A DNA stretch of 63,846 nt, filler included, from Octopus bimaculoides (Eukaryota): NCBI RefSeq assembly GCF_001194135.2. It is 4 parts of 4 records of this genome, joined end to end, with 100 filler letters (N's around TTAATTAATTAA, not from the genome) between each part and the next. Parts side by side here need not be neighbours in the genome. Positions count along the whole stretch, not along the records: positions 23,509 to 45,294 come from NC_068987.1; positions 45,395 to 51,343 come from NC_069003.1; positions 51,444 to 63,846 come from NC_068983.1; 1 more part is not named here. The stretch is one strand, 5' to 3'. Positions 41,765 through 54,160 of the stretch are shown piece after piece (positions within the stretch are counted from its first letter, which is position 1; each line of letters begins with the position of its first letter). The notes under the pieces are model-generated. The model saw only the letters and a list, made by a program, of their open reading frames with translations. It had not been told where the DNA came from and did no database searches. The position numbers and the translations under genes were made by a program.

Positions 41765-41965
41765 TTGTTCAGTAGTTTTATTTTTATAACGTGCTTTCAC
41801 TTCACTACCGAGCGCAGCTCTGTGCGCCTTGGGTATGTGCTGTGGTTTGCTGTGATGTCTTATGGTTACTGTATTGAAAGTGTTTTGCGTAGGATGTGTG
41901 CAGTACCCAGTAGTGCAATTTTCTGTATGTTATATATATTTTAAGTCCTGGTGTTTTTGTTATTT
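41765..41965 (-). mobile_element. Second R4/Dong-like 3' end (different subfamily)
   Basis: NIYNIQKIALLGTAHILRKTLSIQ* followed by a distinct 3' UTR. Confidence 0.8.
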
Positions 41966-41978
41966 ATTTGTCTGAATA

Positions 41979-42029
<51 letters not shown>

Positions 42030-42030
<1 letters not shown>

Positions 42031-42400
42031 GAGTGAGAGAGCAGTGCATGCCATCAAAGTGACACGGGTAAAATATACGAAGCCCATTATACCCATCATG
42101 ACTACCCGTCTGATAAGGGTACACCAGGCACATGCATCACAACCATATGTGCGCGACATGGTGATCTCATATCACGATAAACAACCCATGACCTCGTAGG
42201 TGGGGCCCAGCTAGAATTTTCTTCAGGTCGAGTAGCCCATCCCGCTCAAAAGGTCCCTGAATAAGTTTGTTTAAGGATGTTGAGCAAAACACCTATGTTT
42301 CCAAAGGTGAATTATTCAAACCCCAAAGAGTTCCTCTCAACACATGGCTATGATGCTCCCCCACTACTTCTGCTCATGATCAGAGATGCACCTATCGTCA
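42030..42400 (-). mobile_element. Family F repeat
   Basis: Reverse complement of 26730-27088. Confidence 0.85.
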
Positions 42401-43309
42401 GTCAATCTATGAGAGAGAATTAGCTTCTAATTTGAGCTGCTCAAAATACAAAGCAGGTGCCTCCTCGTTACCTCGTCTACCTTTGAAACTTATATAGCTG
42501 GCGTAGGTTCTATCTGATTTCATTATATCACAGAAACCATGACCTAGAGAGATGTTCTTTTAGCTGTTTAACCCCTGGTCAACTCTGATTAGACAGACCT
42601 ATGTTGCAAAGCGTTAAAGCCATAAGCATCTGCTGTTTAAAATTTTTTATTTTATTCTATTTATTTATTTATTTATTTATTTATTTATGTTTTGGCAAAC
42701 CTTTCAATTATCTTTTTCGCCCTCTCCTAGTAGCATATTACACAATGTCTGCTCAGAAGTCTTTATTTTAAACAACAAGATGTGAACTGAGGAGGTTTTG
42801 GCACGTGTTTTGGCAACCGGTGTTGGTGTTTTTACGTTCTCGTAACTTAGCGGTTCGGCAAAAAGAGTGTGATAGAATGAGTACTAGGCTTTAAAATGAA
42901 ATAAGCACTGGGGTCGATTCATGGGATTAAAAACATTTCAAAGCGGTACTCCAGCATGGCCGCAGTCAAATGACTGAAACAAGTAAAAGAATAAAATAAT
43001 ATATATGTATACAACGGTCTTGTCTCAGTTTCAGTCTACCAAATGCACACACAGGCTTTGGTCGGCCCAAGACACTTGCCCAACGTTCCATGCAGTGGAA
43101 TTGAACCCGGGACCATGTGGTTGGGAAGCAAGTTTCTTATGAAACAGCCATGCCTTCGTCTATCCTTTCAAAAGAAAATTTGGTTAGCCTTGAGTTGATA
43201 GAGATTTCGTTACTTTCCAGAAAATCGAGCGTACTCGAAGACCGCCCCCTCAATAACTTGGTAGCCCACTTCGTACACAGTCGTTGCTGCTGCTGCTACC
43301 CCTGCTACT

Positions 43310-43532
43310 GCTACTCTTGTTGCTGTTGATGATGATGCTGCGGAGGAGGATGAGGATGATGATGATGACATGATGGTTTTATGAGGTTATAGTTGTGATG
43401 GTAATGGTGGTGGTAGTGGTGATGGTAATTGTAGGGTGGGTGTGGGGGGTGCTTACTGTTGTTAGTGGTGGTGAGGGTGGTGGGATGATTGCTGCTGCTG
43501 ATGATTATGATAGTGATGATGATGATGATGAC

Positions 43533-43577
<45 letters not shown>

Positions 43578-43861
43578 AATGATGTAGCTCTTTGTTGTTG
43601 AGCAATCTTTCGTTTCTAGAGTTAAGTATGCCATATTTCTTAGTTGAAACCATTGTTTCAGCTGCTAGATTTGATGTCGGCACTTTTCCCTCCTCGAGAA
43701 ATGAGATGGTCGACGATGGGGGAGAATAATATGTGAGAAAGAGAGAGAGAGGATGGAAGGCAGAACGTGAAAGAGAGAAAGCGAGAAAGGGAGAGAGAGA
43801 GAGAGACACTGCGTGAGAGATGATAATAAGAGACAGTAACAGAGAGAGAGAGAGAGGGATC

Positions 43862-43901
<40 letters not shown>

Positions 43902-44095
43902 GAGAGTCAAAGATAGAGACAACCCATGAAAGGGAGATGGAGAAAAATAGCGAGAAAGACATTAAGGGAGAACGAGAGAGAAAGAAAGGGAGAGAGAATG
44001 AATGTGTGAGAGAGATAGAAGTACGTGCAGAAAGAGAGAGGAAGGGAGAGAGAGAGAGGGGAGAGAAAGAAAGAAAGAAAGACAGAAAGAAAGAC

Positions 44096-44126
<31 letters not shown>

Positions 44127-44265
44127 CATAGAGATTTAGAAACACAAGAGTTATAAAGAGAGAGAGATACGGTAAGACAGAAAAAGACAAAGAAAGAGAG
44201 ACATATAGAAAAAGAGAGATAGAGAGAGAATATGTTTGAAATACAGGGGGAGATAGAGAGAGCCT

Positions 44266-44303
<38 letters not shown>

Positions 44304-44330
44304 AAGAGAGAAATAAGAGATGAAGGAAGG
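43310..44330. repeat. Compound trinucleotide and (GA/GAAA)n purine-rich microsatellite field
   Basis: Directly visible. Confidence 0.9.
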
Positions 44331-45197
44331 GTGAGGCAGTATGAGAAGTAGAAGGGAGAGTTAGATACACACATAGCACTTTTGATCTGTTGTGCATGAC
44401 AAGTAGATTTGTGATTTACTGTGCATATCAAACAGATTTATGATCTGTTGTGCATTACAAATAGCACTGTGTATTCCTGCTTCACATTACAGTGATGTGC
44501 ACACAAAAAGTCAAGAGGAGAGATTTTAAAAGTTGCTAGGTAAGAAGAGAGAAGCCCATGTCACAATAGCTATCTAATTGACAGTTACCGTTTCTTGGCT
44601 AGCGTTCGCTCTTTTATAAATGTACCATTTTTAACATTATTAGTAGGACAAAAACTTTAGCTCTGTTTTATTCGGAGTTTGTTTGTTTGTTTGTTTTTTT
44701 ATGTTTTTTAGCTAATATTTTTCTTTTTTGGTTTTTTATTCTTCATAATCTATGTTTTTCTTTGTTTATGTCGTTCCCAATACAGACGTACGACTTTAGT
44801 TCGCTGGTTTTGGTGTTTGTGCGTGCATGTATGCCTCTCTGTGTTATGTGTACATATATAAATTTATTTGTGTGTGTGTGTGTGTGTGTGTTTATGTTAC
44901 GTTTAAGGGAGTGCTTTTATATATATATTGATTTTTTTTAATTTTGTTTTTGTAGTTTTTCTTGTTGCTTTCTTGGCATGTTTGTCTTATTTACCTGCTT
45001 ATCTGTTTAAGATTTACTCGCCCTGATTCTTTCGTTATATTTTTGCCTCAAATCTTTCACTCTAACACGGTGTACTTACAGACACACACAGACAGACAGA
45101 CACACACACACTAATACATGTACACATGTACATATATAGATAGAATGATACGTACAAACATATATATTTATATGCATATACACGCAGATATTTGCAC

Positions 45198-45238
<41 letters not shown>

Positions 45239-45564
45239 TATTTAGAACAAGAATATAGCATGTCATGATGCATGTATGTATGTCCGTATATATANNNNNN
45301 NNNNNNNNNNNNNNNNNNNNNNNNNNNNNNNNNNNNNNTTAATTAATTAANNNNNNNNNNNNNNNNNNNNNNNNNNNNNNNNNNNNNNNNNNNNATATAT
45401 AAGCCTATATATATATAGTGCAGGTATTTGCACTATCGAACGACTCCCATGCTGATATTGAATGAACCTATGAGACCTGGATTATTTTAACCCTGCCGAA
45501 TATTTATCGAGCTGAAAAATGCTTTGAGCGCGCAAAATGGTATCAATAGCGCTATCATCTATAT

Positions 45565-45728
45565 CAGTGGTTCCCAACCTTTTCACTACCAGGGACCCCT
45601 TTTATTTAAATGAGTCTAACGGGGACCCCAGGATATTGAAAGGTCTGTCAGCTTAACATGCTGATGGACCCCCAGTACTACCTTTGCAGATCACAAGGGG
45701 TCCGCGGGCCACAGGTTGGGAACCACTG
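45565..45728. mobile_element. hAT-family MITE (164 bp)
   Basis: 16-bp TIR CAGTGGTTCCCAACCT / AGGTTGGGAACCACTG with a perfect 8-bp TSD ATCTATAT. Confidence 0.92.
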
Positions 45729-46149
45729 ATCTATATCTACATTCAAACAGAATGAGTGAACCAAGACCCGTGTTTATCCTTAAATACCGTTGAATTAACT
45801 GAATATTGTATTACTTGTATGTCGCTACTGGAGTTTAGCTCCATCTTTAATGTCATAATTAATTTCCTCTAAGTTATTCCTGATAGCTAATTTTAATTCA
45901 GTTTGTGGAAGATTAAATAGCTTAAATTTTGAATTCGATGAAAAATTTTCTTTGTGATCCTTAAACGTTATGTGTGCTTCACATTTAACTTAATACAATG
46001 ATTTTATTTAAATTTCACTCCTCTTTCTCGTTCTCTCCCCCTCTCTCTCTCTTTCTTTCTTTTTCTCTCTCCCTCCCTCTCTCTTTCTCTCTTTCTTTCT
46101 CTGTCTCTTTCTTTCTCTATCTCTTTCTTTCTCTTTCTCTCTCTCTGTA

Positions 46150-46218
<69 letters not shown>

Positions 46219-46219
46219 A

Positions 46220-46435
46220 GACAGCGAGTTGGCAGAATCGTTAACACAATGGACGAAACACTTAACGGTATTTCGCACTTCGCTACGGTCTGAGTTCAAA
46301 TTCCACTGAGGTCGACTTTGCCTTTCATCCTTTCGGGGGTCAATAAATTAAGTGCCAGTTACGCACTGGGGTCGATGAAATCGACTGGTCCCCTCCCCCA
46401 AAATTTCAGGCCTGTGCCTTTAGTAGAAAGGATTC
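46220..46435 (+). mobile_element. SINE family A
   Basis: Follows an (ATT)n tract; family A head and centre, with an alternative tail as at 14690-14870. Confidence 0.85.
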
Positions 46436-46953
46436 TTTTNNNNNNNNNNNNNNNNNNNNNNNNNNNNNNNNNNNNNNNNNNNNNNNNNNNNNNNNNNNNN
46501 NNNNNNNNNNNNNNNNNNNNNNNNNNNNNNNNNNNNNNNNNNNNNNNNNNNNNNNNNNNNNNNNNNNNNNNNNNNNNNNNNNNNNNNNNNNNNNNNNNNN
46601 NNNNNNNNNNNNNNNNNNNNNNNNNNNNNNNNNNNNNNNNNNNNNNNNNNNNNNNNNNNNNNNNNNNNNNNNNNNNNNNNNNNNNNNNNNNNNNNNNNNN
46701 NNNNNNNNNNNNNNNNNNNNNNNNNNNNNNNNNNNNNNNNNNNNNNNNNNNNNNNNNNNNNNNNNNNNNNNNNNNNNNNNNNNNNNNNNNNNNNNNNNNN
46801 NNNNTGGGGCCCAGTTAGAATTTTCTTCAGGTCGAATAGCCCATCCCGCTCAAAAGGTCCCTGAATAAGGTTTGTTTAAGGATGTTGAGCAAAACACCCA
46901 TGTTTCCAAATGTGAATTATTCAAACCCCAAAGAATTCCTCTCAACACATGGC

Positions 46954-47005
<52 letters not shown>

Positions 47006-47581
47006 GATAATGATCATAACACTAATAATAATGATGATGATGATGATGATGATGATGATCCTTTCCTATTTTGCCACTAAAAGGGCAACAATTTGGGGGG
47101 GAGGAGATGAGTCGATTACATCGACCCCCAGTGTTCAACTGGTACTTATTTTTATCGAGCTCGCAAGGATGAACGGCAAAGTCAAGTAATAAGAATACTA
47201 CCAATACCATTATGAGTTTACACTCGTATTTTTTGTAATTTTGGCTAATAATATCAAGTCATTGATTATAAGCGTTGGTTTCTTTGTCATAAGCGGTATT
47301 TATTTGTCAGAGAGTATAAAAGATTGTTTTGTTTCCCCCCTTAATTATTATTGTTCCTCGTGTCAGCGCTAAGGTTACATTGGAATGAGTTAGTGTACTG
47401 ACAGAACTGTGTGTAGGTTATAATTCCGAAGAGGTCGGATTCGCAAGGTTTAAGTTCCTTAATCCTTGGTGGACTTGTTCGCATTTTAATTCTCTGAATG
47501 TTTGAATGGAATCAGAATTGGAGAAGAAACCTTTCTAGTGCATTCACTTAACCAGTACCAGTTTAAGCAGATTAATATTAA

Positions 47582-47625
<44 letters not shown>

Positions 47626-47696
47626 ATCAAGGTATGAAAGAGAAAAGGAGGGAAAGTGTAGGGCTTTGTATTTGTGGAAATGCCAACGTATGCATG

Positions 47697-47744
<48 letters not shown>

Positions 47745-48326
47745 CGTGTGTGTGTGCGCGCGCGCACGTGTATGTGTATGTTTATGTATGTGTGTATACA
47801 CCCAAATGTACGTGATACATATACACGTACATATATTTATATAGATGTATATGTATGTCTATCTAAATGTGTGTGTGTGTGTGTGTGTGTGTGTTTATAC
47901 ATAGATGTGTGGGATAGATAACAATGAAAGCGTTGGAGTGTGTGCGTGTGTGTGTGTGTTTGTGTGTGTGTGCTTCAAAGGATGTGAGTTTGTGTATAAG
48001 TCCATATGTATGATATTGCGAAAGATGGTGCGTGGGAGTGAATAGCGTGGAGAGATTATTTATGTGTGTATGTGCGTGTGTACTAGTGCGTATATATATN
48101 NNNNNNNNNNNNNNNNNNNNNNNNNNNNNNNNNNNNNNNNNNNNNNNNNNNNNNNNNNNNNNNNNNNNNNNNNNNNNNNNNNNNNNNNNNNNNNNNNNNN
48201 NNNNNNNNNNNNNNNNNNNNNNNNNNNNNNNNNNNNNNNNNNNNNNNNNNNNNNNNNNNNNNNNNNNNNNNNNNNNNNNNNNNNNNNNNTATATATATAT
48301 ATCTGTATATACATAAATATATATGC

Positions 48327-48357
<31 letters not shown>

Positions 48358-48734
48358 CATATATATATATGCATATGTATATATATATATATGTATGTAT
48401 GCATGTATGTATGTATATATATGTTGTTGTTGTTAAGCGCTCAGAATTTGAAGATTCTCTTTCCTTCTCTCCTACATGTTGGGAGTAATCAGCTGAAATA
48501 CTTGGGTAACTGTTTAGGGGCTTCCGAAGTGTATCAGCATTTTGGTTGGTCACAGGTGGCGTGGACCGAACCCAAAATGAAGCAGAGTCGAAACAGTGAC
48601 CTGATTTTTGTTATTGGAGAGATGTACAAAAAGTGGGTTTCATAGATTTGCAAATATATAGATTTGCCAATACATACATACATACATACACAAACATACT
48701 CACACACATACACACATACAGACAGACAGACAGA

Positions 48735-49250
48735 CATATATGATGTAGCTAGGACACTGTACAAGAACTGTCGAAAAGATAACCGAGAGGACAAAGAAAT
48801 AAGAACCCACAGTGTGGTAGAAGCCACAGCCACTCATAATAAAAAGGAATACTGATGGAATGTCCCAGTGAAAACCTCAATAAAATGCAAGCACAAGAGA
48901 CCTTATATAATGATTTGGGACAGAAAAGAGAAACTGTGTTCAATTGTGGAAATCAGTTGTCAAGCGGATGTTAGCATAAAACTGAAGATCAGTGAAAAAG
49001 AGCATGCCTACGCTAAACTGTTTAGAAATGTATCTGCAGTTACTCTAACTAGATTACAAGTTCAGGTTTATATCTGTAGTTATTGGGGCACTAGGATATA
49101 TAACACACTGCCTAAATACCAATCTTGAGAAATTAGGCCTCTCAAAACCAGAAAGGAGAAAACTGATTCGAAGACTACAGATCCAAGCCATCACTAGACC
49201 TGTAAAAATCAGAAGTTTATCATTTAAGTAGATATGAACGTGTCTAGACA
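48735..49250 (+). mobile_element. Non-LTR retrotransposon REL-endonuclease 3' fragment
   Basis: KCKHKRPYIMIWDRKEKLCSIVEISCQADVSIKLKISEKEHAYAKL (PD-ExK-type endonuclease). Confidence 0.8.
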
Positions 49251-49300
49251 TGCAACTATATGCACGAGAATGTGAGCTTTTTGTACTAGTAGCCTGTTGT

Positions 49301-49950
49301 GGAGGCGCAACGGCCCAGTGGTTAGGGCAGCGGACTCGTGGTCATAGGATCGCGGTTTCGATTCTCAGACCGGGCGTTGTGAGTGTTTATTGAGCGAAAA
49401 CACCTAAAGCTCCACGAGGCTCCGGCAGGGGATGGTGGCGAACCTTGCTGTACTCTTTCACCACAACTTTCTCTCACGCTTTCTTCCTGTTTCTGTTGTG
49501 CCTGTAATTCAAAGGGTCAGCCTTGTCACACTGTGTCACGCTGAATATCCTCGAGAACTACGTAAAGGGTACACGTGTCTGTGGAGTGCTCAGCCACTTG
49601 CACGTTAATTTCANNNNNNNNNNCAGACCGGGCGTTGTGAGTGTTTATTGAGCGAAAACACCTAAAGCTCCACGAGGCTCCGGCAGGGGATGGTGGCGAA
49701 CCTTGCTGTACTCTTTCACCACAACTTTCTCTCACGCTTTCTTCCTGTTTCTGTTGTGCCTGTAATTCAAAGGGTCAGCCTTGTCACACTGTGTCACGCT
49801 GAATATCCTCGAGAACTACGTAAAGGGTACACGTGTCTGTGGAGTGCTCAGCCACTTGCACGTTAATTTCACGAGCAGGCTGTTCCGTTGATCGGATCAA
49901 CTGGAACCCTCGACGTCATAAGCGACGGAGTGCCAACTACAACAACAACA
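49301..49950 (+). mobile_element. tRNA-derived SINE family E (internally duplicated by the assembly)
   Basis: Head GGAGGCGCAACGGCCCAGTGGTTAGGGCAGCGGAC..GGTTTCGATTC with A and B boxes; (CAA)n tail. Confidence 0.85.
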
Positions 49951-49954
49951 GCCT

Positions 49955-50450
49955 GGTGCACGAACCACTTCCTATCCCTGAGGAACGATATAGTTGCAAA
50001 GACTATTTACAATGCTATCCGTAGGAAGGACTAACCTGAAGTATATATCAAAGGCATGTCAGAATCAGCAGGTATTCACACATTTAAAAACAAGGAATAC
50101 TGGTGGAACACCCCAATAACAACATCAGTTCGGTGCAAACATAACAGACCTGATATTGTTCTGTGGGACAAGGAACAAAAGTCATGCATTGTTGTAGAGG
50201 TCAGCTGCCCAGCGGATGTGAATGTACAATCAAAAGTCCACGAAAAAGAGAACATTTATGGAGAATTAATGAAGTTACAGTTCTTGTATCTTGATTATGA
50301 ATTCTTATTTATACCTATCATCAAAATTGCATTAGGTTATGTAGCAACAAATTTGCACAAAAACCTAAAAGAAACTGAGGCGGATTCTCCAAATCTAATC
50401 AATTAATGGCACCGTGAAGACATTACCAAAAATTCTCTATGTGAGATTCT
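49955..50450 (+). mobile_element. Non-LTR retrotransposon REL-endonuclease 3' fragment
   Basis: EYWWNTPITTSVRCKHNRPDIVLWDKEQKSCIVVEVSCPADVNVQSKVHEKENIYGELM. Confidence 0.85.
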
Positions 50451-50613
50451 TATGTGAATAGATGCACACACTTAGGTGTATGCATCGACAGTTCGACCAA
50501 AACATCAACTCAACCACACATTTACAAACACCTGGAGCTCTCTCAACTCAAAAATCTTGTTACTTTCTTAGCAACCGGCTTGAACTCTCTGAAGAACTTA
50601 AACTCAAAGAAAA

Positions 50614-50647
<34 letters not shown>

Positions 50648-50671
50648 TAGATAGATAGATAGATAGATAGG

Positions 50672-50740
<69 letters not shown>

Positions 50741-51071
50741 TTTCCAGGCACCGACGAGAACAGTTTCCAGAGGTGAATTATCCAAACCCCAAAGAATTCC
50801 TCTCAACATATGGCTATGATGCTCCCCCACTACTTCTGCTCGTGATCAGGGATGTACATATCACCAGCCACTAAGGGACATGCTCAACTGGTTAAGGTCA
50901 AACAACTGACAAGCAAATCTGTGGTATTGAGCAGAATATTTGCTGTAGCCCATCTTTTTATATCAAGACAAAACAATGTACATGATAACACTTCCAATCA
51001 GTTAAATTCAGAAGCCTGGCACGACATCTGGCACTACAGAATATTTGCTGTAGCCCATCTTTTATAACAAG

Positions 51072-51112
<41 letters not shown>

Positions 51113-51120
51113 CATTATTA

Positions 51121-51161
<41 letters not shown>

Positions 51162-51343
51162 TAAAACAATTTGATTCGATCCTGTGCGACTTCAAGTTTC
51201 CTAGGTTTCGGTAAGAAACCTACGAAATTTGAAGTCGCATGGAGCCGAATTAAACTGTTTTAAATAATGTTTGTAGCTCCTACTAAATGTGCTGAGTTCC
51301 TCTCTTTTCATTGTCCACTCGTCTCTCTCTCTCTCTCTCTCTC

Positions 51344-51443
51344 NNNNNNNNNNNNNNNNNNNNNNNNNNNNNNNNNNNNNNNNNNNNTTAATTAATTAAN
51401 NNNNNNNNNNNNNNNNNNNNNNNNNNNNNNNNNNNNNNNNNNN
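51344..51443. other. Artificial scaffold spacer: 44 N + TTAATTAATTAA + 44 N (also 23409-23508 and 45295-45394)
   Basis: Three identical 100-bp spacers; the 12-mer is palindromic and has stop codons in all six frames. Confidence 0.95.
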
Positions 51444-51650
51444 AGCGTGGCCGTTTTCGTGCGGGTGACACGTAAAAGCACCCACTACACTCTCTGAGTG
51501 GTTGGCGTTAGGAAGGGCATCCAGCTGTAGAAACTCTGCCAAATCAGACTGGAGCCTGGTGTTGGCATCCGGTTTCACCAGTCCTCAGTCAAATCGTCCA
51601 ACCCATGCTAGCATGGAAAGCGGACGTTAAACGATGATGATGATGATGAT
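51444..51650 (+). mobile_element. SINE-like family D ((GAT)n tail)
   Basis: ggttggcgttaggaagggcatccagctgtagaaac...aacccatgctagcatggaaagcggacgttaaac(gat)n; many copies between 51 and 62 kb. Confidence 0.8.
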
Positions 51651-52811
51651 GATATATACACGTGTAAAGATTGTTTTACATATAAAGTACCAGTAATTTC
51701 TAGAATAGAGAAAGAAGGGTAGTTTCTTACAGCTGTTTCTGCCAAGAGGCTACAGTACCCCATATGTTATTTCCATCTAATCAGTGGACTGTAGTGATTA
51801 GTAGACAAAATTAGGGTACTTAGATGTTCCTCTAGGCTTTGTCAGAGAGTTTAGAAGAAGGTCTAAGAAGTTCAGAGGGCTAATTTATGTATATATAAAT
51901 ATACACATATACACTCACATATATATACACATATAGATATACACATATACACACATACAATAGAATCAGTTATTAGTAGGTGTAGTATAAAATTCTTATT
52001 AGAGAATGTATAAGAAGAGAATGGAGAGAGAGAAGACGAAACAGATGTGATGGGGAGTAGATTACAGACTGGAGAGGGTGAGGGTAAGTTCACAAGATTG
52101 CAAAAGGAGAATGGCAGATGGTGGGAAATCTAATGAGTAATCATAGGTAGAGGGAGGGGATATTGGGAGGCTATTGTGTACTAAAAAAAATGTTACTGAA
52201 ATTTTCACAAAGGAATACAAAAAACAACTTTAGCATAAACAAAATTGATTGTTGACAACACATGGTGTTCCAAGGAAAATACCTGTATTGGTTCTGTAAA
52301 ATGTGTTATTACTATGAAAATATTTGATATTAATCAAAATAATGATTATAGTCTTGATGGAATATTGTTGCTGTAGATTTACAAGAAGCACAGATGTCAA
52401 ACTGTTGCTGTGAGGTAAAGCAGCTCTTTTGCTTCAAATACTATCTGCACATTTTGAAAGTGGTTTGAGGATGAATGTCTTTTCTTCATGGTGCTACAAC
52501 CTAATCTCTAGTTGCTGTGAATGAATTGTATTTATTGTAGCTTCTAAGATTGACTAAAAGTTTGATCAATTTTCATTCAGTTATTTGATTTGTAAAAAGT
52601 TAAACAATGGATTTTGAAACTATATCTGTATAATATTCATGCATACCTGTGTAGTAAGAAGTTTACTTCCCAACCACATGATTTCAGGTTCATTCCTATT
52701 GAACTTTGGGCAAGTGTCTTCTAGTGTAGCATTGAGCCAACCAAAGCCTTGTGAGTGGACTTGGCAGATGGAAACTAAAGGAAACCTACCGTGTGTGTGT
52801 GTGTGTATGTA

Positions 52812-52846
<35 letters not shown>

Positions 52847-53191
52847 CTGTCTCCTTGCCTTGACTTTGTGTGATAGTTGTAAGCAGGTGTCACCATCATT
52901 AAGTAATGTCCTTTATTTCCAATCTTTCGTGAAAACATGTCTGGGTATGCAGTAATATTACCTACTTGGAAGCAAGTAAGGGTTGGCCATAGGAAATCCA
53001 CCTCAATAAATTCTGTCTGATCCATGCAGGCATGGAAAAGTGGACATTAAAATGATGAGGGTGATGATTCAAACACTTAGAGGGCATCAGACTCAAGTTC
53101 TGTTTTCTCTTTTCAGTTTTTAACATTGTATGAAATGCATTTTCTACTAATTACTTGCATACTTTAACTTATGAAGTACTTTATTTTGTAG

Positions 53192-53307
53192 CCTAACACC
53201 TTGCTGTCCAGTTTAATGAATGTTCAGAACACTGTTGACAAGAAAATGTCTGCTAGCCATTTGACCATGTTTACAAATGCAGAACCCATTCAGTCTCTTG
53301 ATTCTAT
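53192..53307 (+). CDS. BMS1: BMS1 internal exon (PNTLLSSLMNVQNTVDKKMSASHLTMFTNAEPIQSLDS)
   Basis: ttttgtAG acceptor and GTAAGT donor; 116 nt, phase 0 to 2. Translation resembles the human BMS1 segment PTHELVQSLISTHSTIDAKMASSRVTLFSDSKPL (recalled). Confidence 0.88.
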
Positions 53308-53539
53308 GTAAGTAGCTATTATGTTATGACAATATGAAATGTCTTTGTGTATGTTTCACAGTTTTTGTGTTAAGCATGTGGTTTTGGGTTCAGTTTCACT
53401 GTGCAGCACTTTGAGCTAGTATCTTAAACTCCAGGTTGATCAATACTTTGCAGGTGAATTAAGCACATGGAAACTGTGTGGAAGCCTGTCATAAATATAT
53501 GTGTGAGTGTGTTTTTGTTTGTCCTTCTTTTCCCACCAT

Positions 53540-54160
53540 TTTACTCTTTTACTTGTTTCAGTCATTTGACTGTGGCCTTGCTGGAGCACCGCCTTTAGTT
53601 GAGCAAATCGACCCCAGGACCTATTCTTTGTAAACCTAGTGCTTATTCTATCGGTCTCTTTTTATGAGGACGTAAACATACCAGCATTGGTTGTCAAGTG
53701 ATGTTAGGGGGACAAACACAGACACACAAACATATACACACGGCGAGCTGGCAGAAACGCTAGCATGCCGGGCAAAATGCTTAGCGGTATTTCGTCTGCC
53801 GCTACGTTCTTAGTTCAAATTCTGCCAAGGTCGACTTTGCCTTTCATCCTTTCGGGGTCAATTGAATAAGTACCAGTTACGCACTGGGGTCTATATAATC
53901 GACTTAATCCGTTTGTCTGTCCTTGTTTGTCCCCTCTGTGTGTATCCCCTTGTGGGCAATAAAGAAATAACAAACATATACACACACACATATATACATA
54001 TATACGACGGGCTTCTTTCAGTTTCCGTCTACCAAATCCACTCACAAGGCTTTGGTCGGCCCAAGGCTATTGTAGAAGACACTTGCCCAAGGTGCCACGC
54101 AGTGGGACTGAACCCGGAACCATGTGGTTCGTAAGCAAGCTACTTACCACACAGCCACTC
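53540..54160 (-). mobile_element. SINE family B interrupted by a + strand family A copy (53742-53969)
   Basis: 16-bp TSD ACAAACATATACACAC at 53726-53741 and 53970-53985. Confidence 0.88.

Noticed and set aside
43462-44431. 311-aa and 174-aa Leu/Ser-rich ORFs on the minus strand
   Set aside because: Products of (CT)n/(CTTT)n microsatellites.
49301-49375. tRNA-like sequence with A and B boxes (also 23125-23235 and the family A/B heads)
   Set aside because: No complete cloverleaf, and the sequence continues into SINE body. These are SINE heads, not tRNA genes.
49366-49871. Perfect 248-bp tandem duplication inside SINE E
   Set aside because: The two identical copies (49366-49613 and 49624-49871) flank a 10-N gap, which is typical of an unmerged contig overlap.
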